A program made the translations under genes and the position numbers. DNA of 64,000 bases from an uncultured Chloroflexia bacterium (GTDB taxonomy: Bacteria; Chloroflexota; Limnocylindria; Limnocylindrales; CSP1-4): positions 35,193-99,192 of the forward strand of contig CAWGQH010000005.1 of NCBI GenBank assembly GCA_963824735.1. Reading direction: 5' to 3'. The first letter of the stretch is position 1; every line of letters starts with the position of its first letter. The notes under the pieces were generated by a model, which did no database searches, was not told where the DNA came from, and saw nothing but the letters and a program-made list of their open reading frames with translations. Of this stretch, positions 49,169-59,467 are shown one piece after another.

Positions 49169-49905
49169 ATGATCAATCCCGCGCGGGTCATCGACGATCG
49201 CTTGCTGCCGTCCTCGACCGAGCCGCACGAGAACCGGGCCAATTCCGTCCTGCGGCCGGTCGTGTTCGGCGCAAACGACGGCCTAGTGTCGAATTCACCT
49301 TGGTCATGGGCGTCGCCGCCGCCTCCGCCAATGCCGGCGTCGTCCTGCTGGCTGGTATCGCCGGCCTCCTGGCGGGCGCTTTCAGCATGGGTGTCGGCGA
49401 GTACATCTCGGTGCAGAGCCAGCGTGAGCTGCTCGACTACCAGATCGCGTTTCAGCGCAAGCAGCTCCGCGAGGTCCCGGACCAGGAACGAGCGATCCTG
49501 GCCCGGATCTACATGGAGCGCGGGTTTAGCGAGGAGGAGGCTGCCCGCTTCGTGGACGCCGTTTTCGATGAACCGGACCATGCCCTCCGTCTCCTCATCC
49601 ACGAAGAGGTGGGGCTCGACGTCCGGTCGATCGGCTCACCCCTCAGCGCGGCTCTCGGGTCGTTCGTCGCGTTCACGGTCGGCGCTGCGATCCCGGTCCT
49701 GCCTTTCCTCATGGTCGACGGTGGGCAGGCGCTCGCGGTCACCCTCGTCGCGAGCCTGGCCGCGCTGGCGCTGCTCGGCGGCGCCATCGCCAGCTTTACC
49801 CGGCGCTCCCTCCCGTTCGGCGCGGTCCGCCAGGTCCTGCTCGGGAGCTTCGCGGCGCTGGTCACCTACGCCGTGGGGCAGGTCATCGGGGTCGGACTGG
49901 TCTGA
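49169..49905 (+). CDS. Second VIT1/CCC1-family transporter (one apparent frameshift near 49295)
   Basis: …VVFGANDGLVSN then, after a 1-nt shift at an aatt(t)c run, …LVMGVAAASANAGVVLLAGIAGLLAGAFSMGVGEYISVQSQRELLD…, C-terminal TMs. Confidence 0.65.
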
Positions 49906-49960
49906 CCCCGCACTGGCCGGGCCGAACGTCTGTGTGCCGTCCGACCCCCCACCCGCTCGC

Positions 49961-51638
49961 TCAGCGACCCAGGTCGCGCCGCCGGATGCCCCACACGCCG
50001 AGAGCGATGCCGCCGACCGCGAGGACGAGGCAGGCGACGACGCCGCCCGGATCCCAGATCCCGATCATCGGCTGGCCGAGGTGCGAGCTGAGCGCGAGCT
50101 GCGGATCGGGTCCGGGACGGCCAGCGCGGGACCGAGGAAGTCGAACAGCCAGGTGAGGATCGTCACGAGCGCGACGACCGGCCCCGCGAGGCGGGAGCGG
50201 AACAGGCCGGCAACGGCGATGCCGATGCCGGCCAGTGCTGCCGCGTACAGGGCGAGCGAGAGCGTGCCGACGATCGGCGTCAGCACGTCGCCGCCGCGTC
50301 GCCCCGCCGAGGCCGATGCCGAGCATCGTGAGCCCGACGAACGCGGCGATGCCCAGCAGCACGCCGATCGCGCCCGGACCCCCCAGCGCGCCGTGACAGG
50401 GGCGTCGCGAGCACGATCTCGGTCCGCCCCGACGACTCGTCCGAGGCCCAGGCCCCCACCAGCGTCGCCGCCGCGAGCCCGGACAGGATCAGGCCGAACT
50501 CGATGAACACCAGCTGGAGGAAGGCCGCCGGGACTGTTCAGGTCGATGTCGGGGAACACCTGGTTGATGAGCTGGGTGAACGCCGGCGATTCGCCGATCT
50601 GCTCGACGAACGACTTGCCGACGGGCCCATCACGAGCCCGAAGAAGCCCAGGCCGATGCCCCACGCGAGGGCCGTTGCAAGAGCTCGGCGAAGGTGCGTC
50701 CGGTCGGACCGCGCAGGCCCTTCAGCGCACGCGGGAGGCTCGGCGTCGGGATCGGCTGGTCTGGCCGATGTCACGGCGGACGAATGCCTCGATGCCGATG
50801 GCCAGGAGCACGACGGTCACGACCGCCACGAGCAGCAGCGATGCCCAGTCGTACGCTCCGGCGAGCGGGAGATGGTTGGTCGTCCAGCCGAACCAGGTGA
50901 GGTTCGCGAACGGTGCCAGCTCGGGGATCGCCGTCTGGTAGCCGTTGAGCAGGAAGCCGCCGAACATCACGGCACCGGCGATGCCCGCGGCCGACCCGCG
51001 GCCGACGAAGGGCGCCAGAGCGAACGCAAGCGACCCGGCGACCAGCGCGGTGAGCCACAGCCAGCGGCAAACCCGAACGCGGCCTGGATCGGGATCTCGT
51101 CGCCGGGCAGCGTCCCGAAGGTGCCGGCGGCGGCCGTGGCGACGAACACGAACACCATCGCCAGCGTGAGCATCACGACGTGGCCGGCGACCTTCTCGAT
51201 CGCGATCCGCCGGCGGGTCACGGGCGAGGCGGCGAGGATCTCCATGCTGCCCCGCCGGGTTTCGACGGCGAGCGTGGCGGACAGGGCGAGGATCGACCAC
51301 AGCGCGGTGACCAGGGGGAAGAACCCGCCGTACTTGTACTGGATGTAGCCACCGAGTGCTTCGACATTGACCGCCCGGCCGGCGAGGCCCTGCAGGATCG
51401 GCGGAACGGCGGTCACCAGGTTGCCGATCTCCTGGCGCGACTCGGGGGTCGAGAACTCGGACGCGATCGCCTGCGCGACGATCACCAGCAGGACGCCGAT
51501 GAACAGCGCGACCGCGATCGCCGCCCGGCGCGAGTCGCGGATGGTCTTGCCGAAGACGCTGCCGAAGCCGAAGATCCGGCTGCGCAGGTTCGGTGCGACG
51601 AGGGGTGCCGCGGACTGCGGCTGGACGGTTGCGGTCAT
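49961..51638 (-). CDS. ABC-2 type transporter permease (several apparent frameshifts; 3' end approximate)
   Basis: ATG 51636-51638. …IFGFGSVFGKTIRDSRRAAIAVALFIGVLLVIVAQAI…SMEILAASPVTRRRIAIEKVAGHVVML… Further TM-rich segments (…LWLTALVAGSLAFALAPFV…, …LAIGIEAFVRRD…, …MLLGIAAFVGLTMLGIGLGG…) lie in other frames down to about 49961. Confidence 0.6.
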
Positions 51639-51642
51639 CGGG

Positions 51643-52551
51643 TCATGCCACCTCGGCCGGCGTGCTCGACCGGCCGTACTCGGCGAGGAACGTCTCCTCG
51701 AGGGACGGCTCACGCGACACGAAGTCGATCACCTCGTGACGCGCGGCGGCGTGCACGACCGGGGTGATCGGTCCCGACACGCGCATGGTGATGGTGTGAT
51801 CGGTGGCGACCACCTCGGACACACCGGGGATCGCCTCGAACTCGCCCACCGGCGGGGCGGCGGCAAAGCGCAGCTCCACCTGGTGATGGGCCATGTCGCG
51901 CAGCGCCTCGACGCGGTCGACCCGCGTCAGCTGCCCGTCGCGGATGATCGCCACCCGGTCGCAGGTCTTCTCGACCTCGCTCAGGATGTGGCTCGACATG
52001 AAGATCGTGCGGCCCTCGGCCTTGGCCTCGCGGATGACGTCGTAGAACGTCTGCTGGACGAGCGGGTCGAGGCCGGACGTCGGCTCGTCGAGCAGCAGCA
52101 GATCGGGCCGATGCTGGAGCGCGACGACGAGCCCGATCTTCTGCTTGTTGCCCTTCGAGTATTCCTTGAACTTGCGGGTCGGATCGACCTCGAGGCGGCC
52201 GATCAGCTCGGCCTGGTAGACCGGGTCGACCCCGCCCCGCAGGTTCGCGAAGTACTCGATCGTCTGGCCGCCGGTGAGCTTGTCGTAGAGGACGAACTCA
52301 CCCGGCAGGTAGCCGAGGCGGCGGTGGATCGCGACCGGGTCGACGGTGGTGTCGATGCCGAAGATCGACGCCTTGCCGCTCGTCGGGCGGATGTGGTTGA
52401 GGAGCGTCCGGATCATCGTCGTCTTGCCGGCCCCGTTGGGGCCGAGGAAGCCGAACGCCTCCCCTTCGCGGACCTCGAGATCGACCTCGACGATGCCCCG
52501 GTGCTGACCGTAGAACTTGGTCAGCTTCTCGGCCTGGATGATGGCGGTCAT
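51643..52551 (-). CDS. ABC transporter ATP-binding protein
   Basis: Walker A GPNGAGKTT, signature YSKGNKQK, Walker B LLLLDEPTSGLD, H-loop SSHIL. ATG 52549-52551. Confidence 0.85.
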   Translation of the reverse strand: MTAIIQAEKLTKFYGQHRGIVEVDLEVREGEAFGFLGPNGAGKTTMIRTLLNHIRPTSGKASIFGIDTTVDPVAIHRRLGYLPGEFVLYDKLTGGQTIEYFANLRGGVDPVYQAELIGRLEVDPTRKFKEYSKGNKQKIGLVVALQHRPDLLLLDEPTSGLDPLVQQTFYDVIREAKAEGRTIFMSSHILSEVEKTCDRVAIIRDGQLTRVDRVEALRDMAHHQVELRFAAAPPVGEFEAIPGVSEVVATDHTITMRVSGPITPVVHAAARHEVIDFVSREPSLEETFLAEYGRSSTPAEVA

Positions 52552-52582
52552 TGCTCGACGCTCCTTCGCGCGTGCCTGGAAG

Positions 52583-53269
52583 TCAGTTGAACCATTCGTG
52601 GAGGAGACGGTCGTCGGGCCACCAGCGGAGCGAACCGCTGGGAGCGCCGAGGATCCGTTCCATCGCCTCGGGGTAGGCGTTGAGCGCCCCCTCGACGACC
52701 TCGAACGGGATCTCGCCCGCGTGGTTGCCGAGGAAGAGCGTGCTCGCATGCTCGTTCGCGCCGAGCAGGAGCGCGACGATGACGCGCGCCGAGTGCTCCG
52801 GGGAGGTGACCGTGAAGGTCCCCTCGGTAACGCCCTGGCGGATGATCGCGCTGAGAATCGGCATCATCGCGCCGACCACGCCGCGCCGGAACTTCTCGCG
52901 AACGATCGCGTTGTCGTCGGACAGCCACGTCTCGAGCACGGCCAGCAGCAGCTCGCGGCGCTGGGTCTTCCAGCTGGCGATGCCCTGGAACATGCCGTTG
53001 TACTTCTCGAGGGCCGTGCGATCCGGGTCGGCGAGCAGCGGTTCGAGCTCGGCCGTGGCCATCGTCACCATGCGCGCGATGACCGCCTCGAGCAGCGCCG
53101 CCTTCGAATCGAAGTAGTGGTAGAAGGCGCCCTTCGACGTCCCGACTTCGTCCAGGACGTCCTGGACGCTCATCTGCTCGTAGCCCTTCGCCTGGATCAG
53201 GCCCTGCGCGGCGTCCAGGAACGTGTCGCGACGGACGGCGTGGACCTCGGGGTTGAGCGTGCGTGCCAT
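52583..53269 (-). CDS. TetR/AcrR-family transcriptional regulator
   Basis: N-terminal HTH …RDTFLDAAQGLIQAKGYEQMSVQDVLDEVGTSKGAFYHYFDSKAALL…. 228 aa, intact. Confidence 0.85.
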   Translation of the reverse strand: MARTLNPEVHAVRRDTFLDAAQGLIQAKGYEQMSVQDVLDEVGTSKGAFYHYFDSKAALLEAVIARMVTMATAELEPLLADPDRTALEKYNGMFQGIASWKTQRRELLLAVLETWLSDDNAIVREKFRRGVVGAMMPILSAIIRQGVTEGTFTVTSPEHSARVIVALLLGANEHASTLFLGNHAGEIPFEVVEGALNAYPEAMERILGAPSGSLRWWPDDRLLHEWFN

Positions 53270-53281
53270 CTGGCTCCGATT

Positions 53282-53304
53282 AATAGACCGACTGTCGGTC
53301 TAAT
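53282..53304. promoter_or_regulatory. Palindromic operator candidate for the adjacent TetR-family regulator
   Basis: TAGACCGAC-T-GTCGGTCTA (53284-53302), a perfect 9-bp inverted repeat flanked by AT-rich ttaata/taataa. Unusual in 70% GC DNA. Sits between the divergent tetR and LLM-oxidoreductase starts. Confidence 0.5.
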
Positions 53305-53367
53305 AATACGCCGGCCGTCAAGAATGGTCCGGCGACGGATGCCGGCACCCGGTGCCAGAATGCCGCG

Positions 53368-54270
53368 ATGAAGATCGGTGCCATCGTTCCCCAGGGCTGG
53401 ACCGGCGAGTACGACGGTTGGGACACGCGCGACGCGTGGCGGCGGACCGTCGAGGTCGCCCGGCAGGCCGATCGCCTCGGATTCGAGTCGATCTGGCTGT
53501 ACGACCACTTCCACACGGTCCCCCGCCCGACCGACGAGATCACGTTCGAGTCGTTCACGACGCTCTCGGCGCTGGCGGGCTTGACCGAGCGGGTCCGGCT
53601 CGGCCACATCGTCATCTGCACCTCGTTCCGCAACCCGGCCCTGACGGCCAAGATGATCTCGACGATGGATGCAATCAGCGGCGGCCGGATGGAGCTGGGC
53701 ATCGGCGCCGGCTGGAAGCGCGACGAGTGGCTCGCCTACGACTACGGCTTCCCCGAGACGAAGGAACGGCTGGCGATCCTCGCCGACCACCTCGAAGTGA
53801 TCGACGCGATGCTGCGGGGCGACAAGCACGCCCACGCAACCTACGCCGGGACGCACGCGAGCGTTCGGAACGCGATCAACGTCCCCAAGCCGCTCCAGCA
53901 GCCACGCGTGCCGATCATGGTCGGCGGCAACGGGCCCAACGTCACCTGGCGCCTGGCGGCCCGGCATGCCGACGAGCTCAACGTCGACGGGATGTCGCCG
54001 AGTGAGGTTGCCGAGGCGCTCCCCGTGATCCGGGCACGGTGCGAGGAGATCGACCGGGATCCGGCGACGCTGGCGGTGTCCGTCCACATCTGGAAGGCCG
54101 ACGCAGCGACGAGCGGTGCGCGCCGGGTGGACCTCCTCGCGGGCTATCGGGAATTGGGCGTCTCGCGCGTGATGGCGCTCGTCGAGGCATCGACGACGAG
54201 TGACGATGCCCTGGAATCGCTGCGGGCGGACGCCGAGCAAGCCGGCCTCGACCTCGCGCCGCGCGCATGA
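53368..54270 (+). CDS. LLM-class (luciferase-like) F420-dependent oxidoreductase
   Basis: …LGFESIWLYDHFHTVP…LGHIVICTSFRNPALTAKMISTMDAISGGRMELGIGAGW…PIMVGGNGP…. 300 aa, intact. Confidence 0.85.
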   Translation: MKIGAIVPQGWTGEYDGWDTRDAWRRTVEVARQADRLGFESIWLYDHFHTVPRPTDEITFESFTTLSALAGLTERVRLGHIVICTSFRNPALTAKMISTMDAISGGRMELGIGAGWKRDEWLAYDYGFPETKERLAILADHLEVIDAMLRGDKHAHATYAGTHASVRNAINVPKPLQQPRVPIMVGGNGPNVTWRLAARHADELNVDGMSPSEVAEALPVIRARCEEIDRDPATLAVSVHIWKADAATSGARRVDLLAGYRELGVSRVMALVEASTTSDDALESLRADAEQAGLDLAPRA

Positions 54271-54956
54271 GCCGTGCGGGCGCGGTGGCCGTGCTGGCCG
54301 TCGTTGTCGTCGCCGGCTGTGCCTCCACCGTCCAGCCGACACCGTCGGCGTCAGCCAGCGCGCCGGCCGCTGAATCGCCCGCCGGCGAGTCGCCGGGCGC
54401 GTCGGCGGCGGCCGGACCGCTGGAGATCCGGGGAGGCGCCCTGGCGCCGGGCACCTACACCCACAGCGGGTTCGAACCACGGGTCACGTTCGAGGTCGGC
54501 GAGGGCTGGCAGGGCGTGCAGAACGCGAGCGGGTTCTTCGACGTCCAACAGGACCCCGACACCCCGGATGTGATCGCGGTGCAGTTCGGGAACGTCGACG
54601 GGGTCGTCGGGGCGGACGGATCGACGGTCGAGATCGGCAGCGCCGCCGAGGCGGTGCCGATCATCCGCGAGAACCCGGGCATCACGGTGCTCGGCGAGAG
54701 CCCGTCACTGATGTCCGGCCTCGAAGGGTTCACCGTGGAGGTCGAGAACGCCGCCGACGGCGACGCCCCCGTGCTGCGCGTGCCGGCCGGGCCGCTGGCG
54801 ATCTCCCCCGAGCGGCGCCTCTGGGCGTCGTTCTTCGACACGCCGGAGGGCGTCCTCGCGGTCCTCGTCGGCGGCTCGGTCGCACGCTGGGACGAGACGC
54901 TGGCAATCGCCGAGCCGGTCCTCGAATCCGTCCGGATCGGCGACGAGGCGCCCTGA
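54267..54956 (+). CDS. Lipoprotein of unknown function
   Basis: Signal plus lipobox MSRAGAVAVLAVVVVAGCAS. Ala/Ser/Pro-rich linker then globular domain. ATGA overlap with the LLM gene. Confidence 0.6.
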   Translation: MSRAGAVAVLAVVVVAGCASTVQPTPSASASAPAAESPAGESPGASAAAGPLEIRGGALAPGTYTHSGFEPRVTFEVGEGWQGVQNASGFFDVQQDPDTPDVIAVQFGNVDGVVGADGSTVEIGSAAEAVPIIRENPGITVLGESPSLMSGLEGFTVEVENAADGDAPVLRVPAGPLAISPERRLWASFFDTPEGVLAVLVGGSVARWDETLAIAEPVLESVRIGDEAP

Positions 54957-54961
54957 CCCCG

Positions 54962-55976
54962 ATGCGAGCCTTCGTCATCAGCGGCCCCGAGCCAGGGTGA
55001 GGTGCGCGACGTCGAGCCACCGCGCGCGGAGCCGGGGCTGGTCGTCGTGGAGGTGGATCGCGTCGGCCTGTGCGGGACCGACGAGGAGCTCTTCAGCGGC
55101 GGGATGTCGTACCTCGAGACGGCCGAGGCGGCGTACCCCGTCCGCCCGGGCCACGAGTGGGCGGGCCGGGTGGTGGAGGTCGGTGAGGGCGTCGACGCGT
55201 CGTGGATCGACGCACGGGTCACCGGCGACACGATGCTGGGCGACGGGACGTGCCACCTCTGCCGCAGCGGGCGCCAGCACCTGTGCCCGGACCGCTACGA
55301 GATCGGGCTGCGACGCGGCTGGCCGGGCGCCCTCGCCGAGCGGCTGCCCGTCCCCGAGCGCGCGCTCCTCCGCCTCCCCGACGCGGTGGACCCGCAGCTC
55401 GGGGCGCTCGTCGAACCCAGCGGAAACGCCGTTCGCGCCCTGCGAGCCGCCGAGGTGCGACCGGGTGAGCGACTCCTGGTGTTCGGTCCCGGCACGATCG
55501 GATTGCTCGTCGCCCTGTTCGCCCGGGCCGACGGCGTTGACGTCCACCTGGTCGGCCGGAGCGAGCGGTCGCAAGCGTTCGCCAGGTCGCTCGGGTTCGA
55601 GCACGTGTGGACCGACGACACGATCCCCGACCTTCGCTACGACGCGGCCGTGGATGCCTCCAGCGCGCCGCAGCTCCCGGCTCGCGCGATCGAGCTCGTG
55701 GACCCCGGCCGGCGCGTCTCCCTGATCGGCATCGCGGGCGAGCCCAGCCCGGCCGACACCCGGGCGATCATCTTTCGCGAGCTGACCGTGGTCGGTGTCC
55801 TCAGCGCGTCAGGCGGCCTGGAAGAGGCGATCGAACGCCTCGCGTCAGGGACGCTGGACCCGCGCCCGCTCGTTGCCGCAACCGTCGGTCTCGACGAGGT
55901 CGCCGCGGTGCTCGGCGGACGGCGCGACCCGGCCTGGGGACCCGGCCCGAAGGTCCACGTGGACCCGCGGCGCTAG
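54962..55976 (+). CDS. Zinc-binding alcohol dehydrogenase (MDR family), one apparent frameshift near 55000
   Basis: MRAFVISGPEPG then, after a shift at ccaggg, …EVRDVEPPRAEPGLVVVEVDRVGLCGTDEELFSG…PGHEWAGRVVEVG…CHLCRSGRQHLC…LVFGPGTIGLLVA…. Confidence 0.7.
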
Positions 55977-55989
55977 CGGATCCGCCGCC

Positions 55990-56324
55990 TCACTCGAGCG
56001 CAGCCTCCACGTCGTAGCCTGCCGCGAGCGCGATGCGCGGCGCGGCGGACACGACCCGCGCAGACCCGACGATCCCCGCTACGGCCAGCAGCGTCGCCAG
56101 GAGGTCCTCCTGCCTCGCGCCGAGCCGCTGGGCCTCCTCCACGGCCGAGCGGAAGGATGCCGGCGGCGCGTCGATGGCGATCAGCGCCGCAAGGTGGACG
56201 AGTGCCTCGGTCCGCGGGTCGAGGCGTCCCACGCCGCGACGCGGCATGTCGTCGCCCAGCCCCGCGAGCAGGCCGGCATCGCCGATCGTCAGGCGCCGGA
56301 AGACCTCCTCGGCCGTCGTTCCCA
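55990..56324 (-). CDS. Carboxymuconolactone decarboxylase (AhpD-like) family protein
   Basis: ATG 56322-56324 preceded by GGAAGGGAG. MGTTAEEVFRRL…RTEALVHLAALIAIDAPPASFRSAVEEAQRLGARQEDLLATLLAVAGIVG…. Confidence 0.7.
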
Positions 56325-56384
56325 TCGTTCGCTCCCTTCCAAGCTCGAGCGGCCGGCTGTTGAGATCGTTTGGCGTCGGGCTAC

Positions 56385-57267
56385 GCATCCGAACCCCCCT
56401 TTGCGGCGGAGCGGGGCGGCCTCGCTCAGGTCGCCTTCGGCCCGCCGCCTTCGCCAGCTCCTTGGCGAAGTACTCCAACGCAGTCCGGGTCTTGGTCTGC
56501 TGGACGCCAGTCAGCACCACGCCGCGTCCCTTCAGGTAGGTGCGCGTTTCGGCCGCGACGTTGAACGCCTCGGTCGGTGCGCATTTCGTCGACAGCTCGA
56601 GGATCCGCGAGCCGTCCGGGTAGAGCCACAGCTCGACGACCATTGGCCGGACGGCGGTCGGGCCGCCCCCTTCCAACTGGGCGTCGAACCTGCCCTTCAG
56701 GCAGAACGTGGGCCCGAGCGGGATCAGCGCGTCGAGGTCGATGCCCTCCGGCGCGTGCTGCTGGAAGAACGCGCGCTGCGGCTTCGAGAAGAGCTTGCGG
56801 ATCGGTCGCCCGCCCCGAACGGCATCCCAGACCTGGGCGCCATCGGTCCGGCCCTTGAACGAGCCCGAGCAGACATAGCCGCCCGGCAGGATGTCGACCT
56901 CCACGTTGAAGCTCGCGTCGGCGCGCAGCTCGGGCGACAGGTCGGCCGGATTCACCGGGCGCAGCTTGATCACGGTGTCGCCCTTGCCACCCTGGATCCG
57001 CCGGGCGCGCACGACGAGGCCTGCCCGGTTCAGTGCCAGGTCGGGCGTGTCGAAGAAGTAGACCTGGCGGGGCTGCGTCTCGACGGGGTCGAGCGGCAAG
57101 CCCTGGACCGTGTCGCGGTGGGATGCCGGGGGGACCGTGAGCTTGAGCTCCGTGCTGTCCGCGCCCCGCAGGAGACCCATGAGCGACGTCAGCTCCTCGT
57201 CGGTCATGCGGCGGGGCTCACGCCCCGCTCGCGGCGCGCGCGGCTTGGCGGCCGAGACGGTGGTCAT
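56385..57267 (-). CDS. CYTH-like domain protein (hypothetical); 3' end uncertain. Tool ORF reads through into the CMD gene, so a frameshift near the end is likely.
   Basis: Start overlaps the Ppx/GppA stop (ATGA). …STELKLTVPP…QVYFFDTPDLALNRAGLVVRARRIQGGKGDTVIKLRP…VELWLYPDGSRILELSTKC…. Confidence 0.45.
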
Positions 57268-58784
57268 GATGCTGCCCTCGCTTCCCTGTGGTCCTCTGCG
57301 CCGAACCGCTCGTCGAGGACGCCGTGGCGCAGCCCGCGATCGCTGACGACCAACGAGTCCGCGCCGAGCTTGTCCATCACGGTTCGCACGATGCAGGCGC
57401 CGGCCAGGATCACTTCGGCCCGCTTGGGCTGGAGGCCGACGATGGCCCGGCGCTCCTCCGTGCCCGTGGACCGGTATTGCTCGATCTGGCGGTCGATCTC
57501 GGCTCGCTCCAGCACCGCGCCCTGGACACGGTCCGGGTCGTACGGGTCGAGCGCCAGCTTCACCGCGGTGAGGTTCGTGATCGCGCCACCCATGCCCACG
57601 AGCGAGTCGACTGCGGGGCGGCCGTCGACCCGCTCCAGGTCCCCGGCGATCGCGGCGCAGGCCTCGGCAAGGACCTCGGGAGTGACCGCATCGTGCAGTC
57701 CGAAGCGCTCCGTGTAGCGCACCGCGCCGACGTTCACGCTGAAGCGCTCGTCGACCGAGCCGTCGTGGCCGAATGTCAGCTGGGTGCTGCCGCCACCCGT
57801 GTCGAGCACAGCGAGCGTCCCGTGCGGGCTGTCAAGCCCGGAGCGGACGGCCTGGAACGCGAGCCGGCTCTCTTCCTCGCCAGGGATGACGTCGACCGTG
57901 ACCCCGGTCCGCCCGGCGATCGTCGCGAGGACCGCGTCCCGGTTGCTCGCCATCCGCAGGCCGGCCGTGCCGACGGCGGCAATCGCCAGGACGTCGAGGG
58001 ACCTGGCCTCCTCGACCATCTCCTCGAGCGCCGCCACGGTCCGCTCGACGGCGGCGGGACTGATGGCCCCGGTCGCCTCGATCCCCTCTCCCAGCCGCGT
58101 CAGCTCGGCGCGGTCGACGAGGGTGCTCCAGCCGTCGCCTGTTCGCTCCGCCACGTGGAACTTGATGGAGTTGGTCCCGCAGTCGAGCACGGCGTAGCGC
58201 TCAGCGGTGCCCGCCAGGATGCGGGCAAGACCCGCCGGATAGGCGGTATTGAGGTAGTCGGCGAGGCCAAGCGTGCGAACCTCATCCGCCACGGCCGCCG
58301 CGTCTTCGCCTTCGACTGCGAATGTCCTGGCGTTCCTCTGGTCGGCCACGACGTCCGTGATCTCCGCCGAGCAGCCGTTCGGGGCATACCGGACGCGCCG
58401 TTTGTGCACGGACACGGCCCGGATGCCTCGGGATGGCCCGGTGAACGTGCTCAGGAACTCGTCGAGCGACCAGGCATCCCGATCGAGCTCGGGGAGCGGC
58501 ACGTGGAGCGCATCGAACACGCGCTCCACGTTCGCCCGATCGATCGGGAACGACGCCTTGAGGACCGGCGTCCACTGCTGGAGCCCGAACCCGTCGGTCG
58601 CCAGCAGCTGCTTGATGTCCATGAGCTCGGCACGGACCTTGACGGTCTCGCCGGCGCCCGACAGGAGGTAGACCTCGTCGCTCTCCTGCGTGTCGACGGG
58701 CGCCAGATGACGCCAGCCGTCCTCGGCAACGCGGGCGCCCGGACCGAACGTGCGCCACTCCCAGCGGCCCGCGCTCCCTGTCAC
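57264..58784 (-). CDS. Ppx/GppA-family phosphatase with N-terminal CYTH-like domain (fusion)
   Basis: GTG 58782-58784 after AAAGGGG. N-terminal …GRWEWRTFGPG… (CYTH-like ExExK-type start). C-terminal Ppx/GppA …YAVLDCGTNSIKFHVAE…AIAAVGTAGLRMASN…VIPGEEESRLAFQAV…AVLDTGGGSTQL…. Confidence 0.8.
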   Translation of the reverse strand: MTGSAGRWEWRTFGPGARVAEDGWRHLAPVDTQESDEVYLLSGAGETVKVRAELMDIKQLLATDGFGLQQWTPVLKASFPIDRANVERVFDALHVPLPELDRDAWSLDEFLSTFTGPSRGIRAVSVHKRRVRYAPNGCSAEITDVVADQRNARTFAVEGEDAAAVADEVRTLGLADYLNTAYPAGLARILAGTAERYAVLDCGTNSIKFHVAERTGDGWSTLVDRAELTRLGEGIEATGAISPAAVERTVAALEEMVEEARSLDVLAIAAVGTAGLRMASNRDAVLATIAGRTGVTVDVIPGEEESRLAFQAVRSGLDSPHGTLAVLDTGGGSTQLTFGHDGSVDERFSVNVGAVRYTERFGLHDAVTPEVLAEACAAIAGDLERVDGRPAVDSLVGMGGAITNLTAVKLALDPYDPDRVQGAVLERAEIDRQIEQYRSTGTEERRAIVGLQPKRAEVILAGACIVRTVMDKLGADSLVVSDRGLRHGVLDERFGAEDHREARAAS

Positions 58785-58847
58785 GTGCGCCCCTTTCGCG
58801 GCGCCCCCGCCCGTCGCAGGGGCGCCGATCCCGCTCGCTCGGTGGTG

Positions 58848-59252
58848 TCAGGCCTGGTCGTCGTAGCCGTCGATGAACTGGCTCTTGATGTCCTTCGAAT
58901 TCAGGTAAAGGATGATCAGCGCCGGCATGATCGCGGACGCGAAGCCCACGCCGGTTCCCGGGGCCTCGAGGAACCACAGGAACGCCTCGAACAGCGCGAA
59001 GCCCGCGACGATCATGGCGAACAGCCAGGCCCAGCGCTGCATTGCCCACAGGCCGAATGCCGCGATGATCCAGGCGACGCCCGCGGCCAGGGCCAGCCAG
59101 CCCCACAGACCCGACTGCTCGTACGCGGGCAGGTCGCCGAGCACGCCGAACCAGTCGAAGCCGATGATCCGCAGCCCGAGGTAGATCCAGTAGAAGCCGG
59201 CGATAGCCGCGAAGAAGCCGATGACCGAAACCAGGATGGGCGGGTTACGCAT
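58848..59252 (-). CDS. Small membrane protein (4 TM; W-rich), function unknown
   Basis: ATG 59250-59252. …ILVSVIGFFAAIAGFYWIYLGL…GLWGWLALAAGVAWIIAAFGLWAM…WLFAMIVAGFALFEAFLWF…FASAIMPALIILYL…. Confidence 0.5.
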   Translation of the reverse strand: MRNPPILVSVIGFFAAIAGFYWIYLGLRIIGFDWFGVLGDLPAYEQSGLWGWLALAAGVAWIIAAFGLWAMQRWAWLFAMIVAGFALFEAFLWFLEAPGTGVGFASAIMPALIILYLNSKDIKSQFIDGYDDQA

Positions 59253-59467
59253 GCACTCTCCATCTCCGTGACACTCTGCGTGACACTTTGTGGGGAGAGG
59301 GTGGCACGGCCGCTCCGCGCCGCATCCTCCGGTTTGGATGAGAGTGGTGCCGGCGCCCTCGACCGGGGTGAGTGGCGGAGCTACCGTGATACCTACGGAA
59401 CCGGGGGTTGACGGGCCCGCTGGCCGCCTCGACACTGGGCTCCTGACCGGGATCGTCCCCCTCGTAT

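Noticed and set aside
55795-59411. Two long plus-strand ORFs (640 and 707 aa)
   Set aside because: Antisense to the CMD, CYTH and Ppx/GppA genes. Arg/Asp-rich with no recognisable domains.
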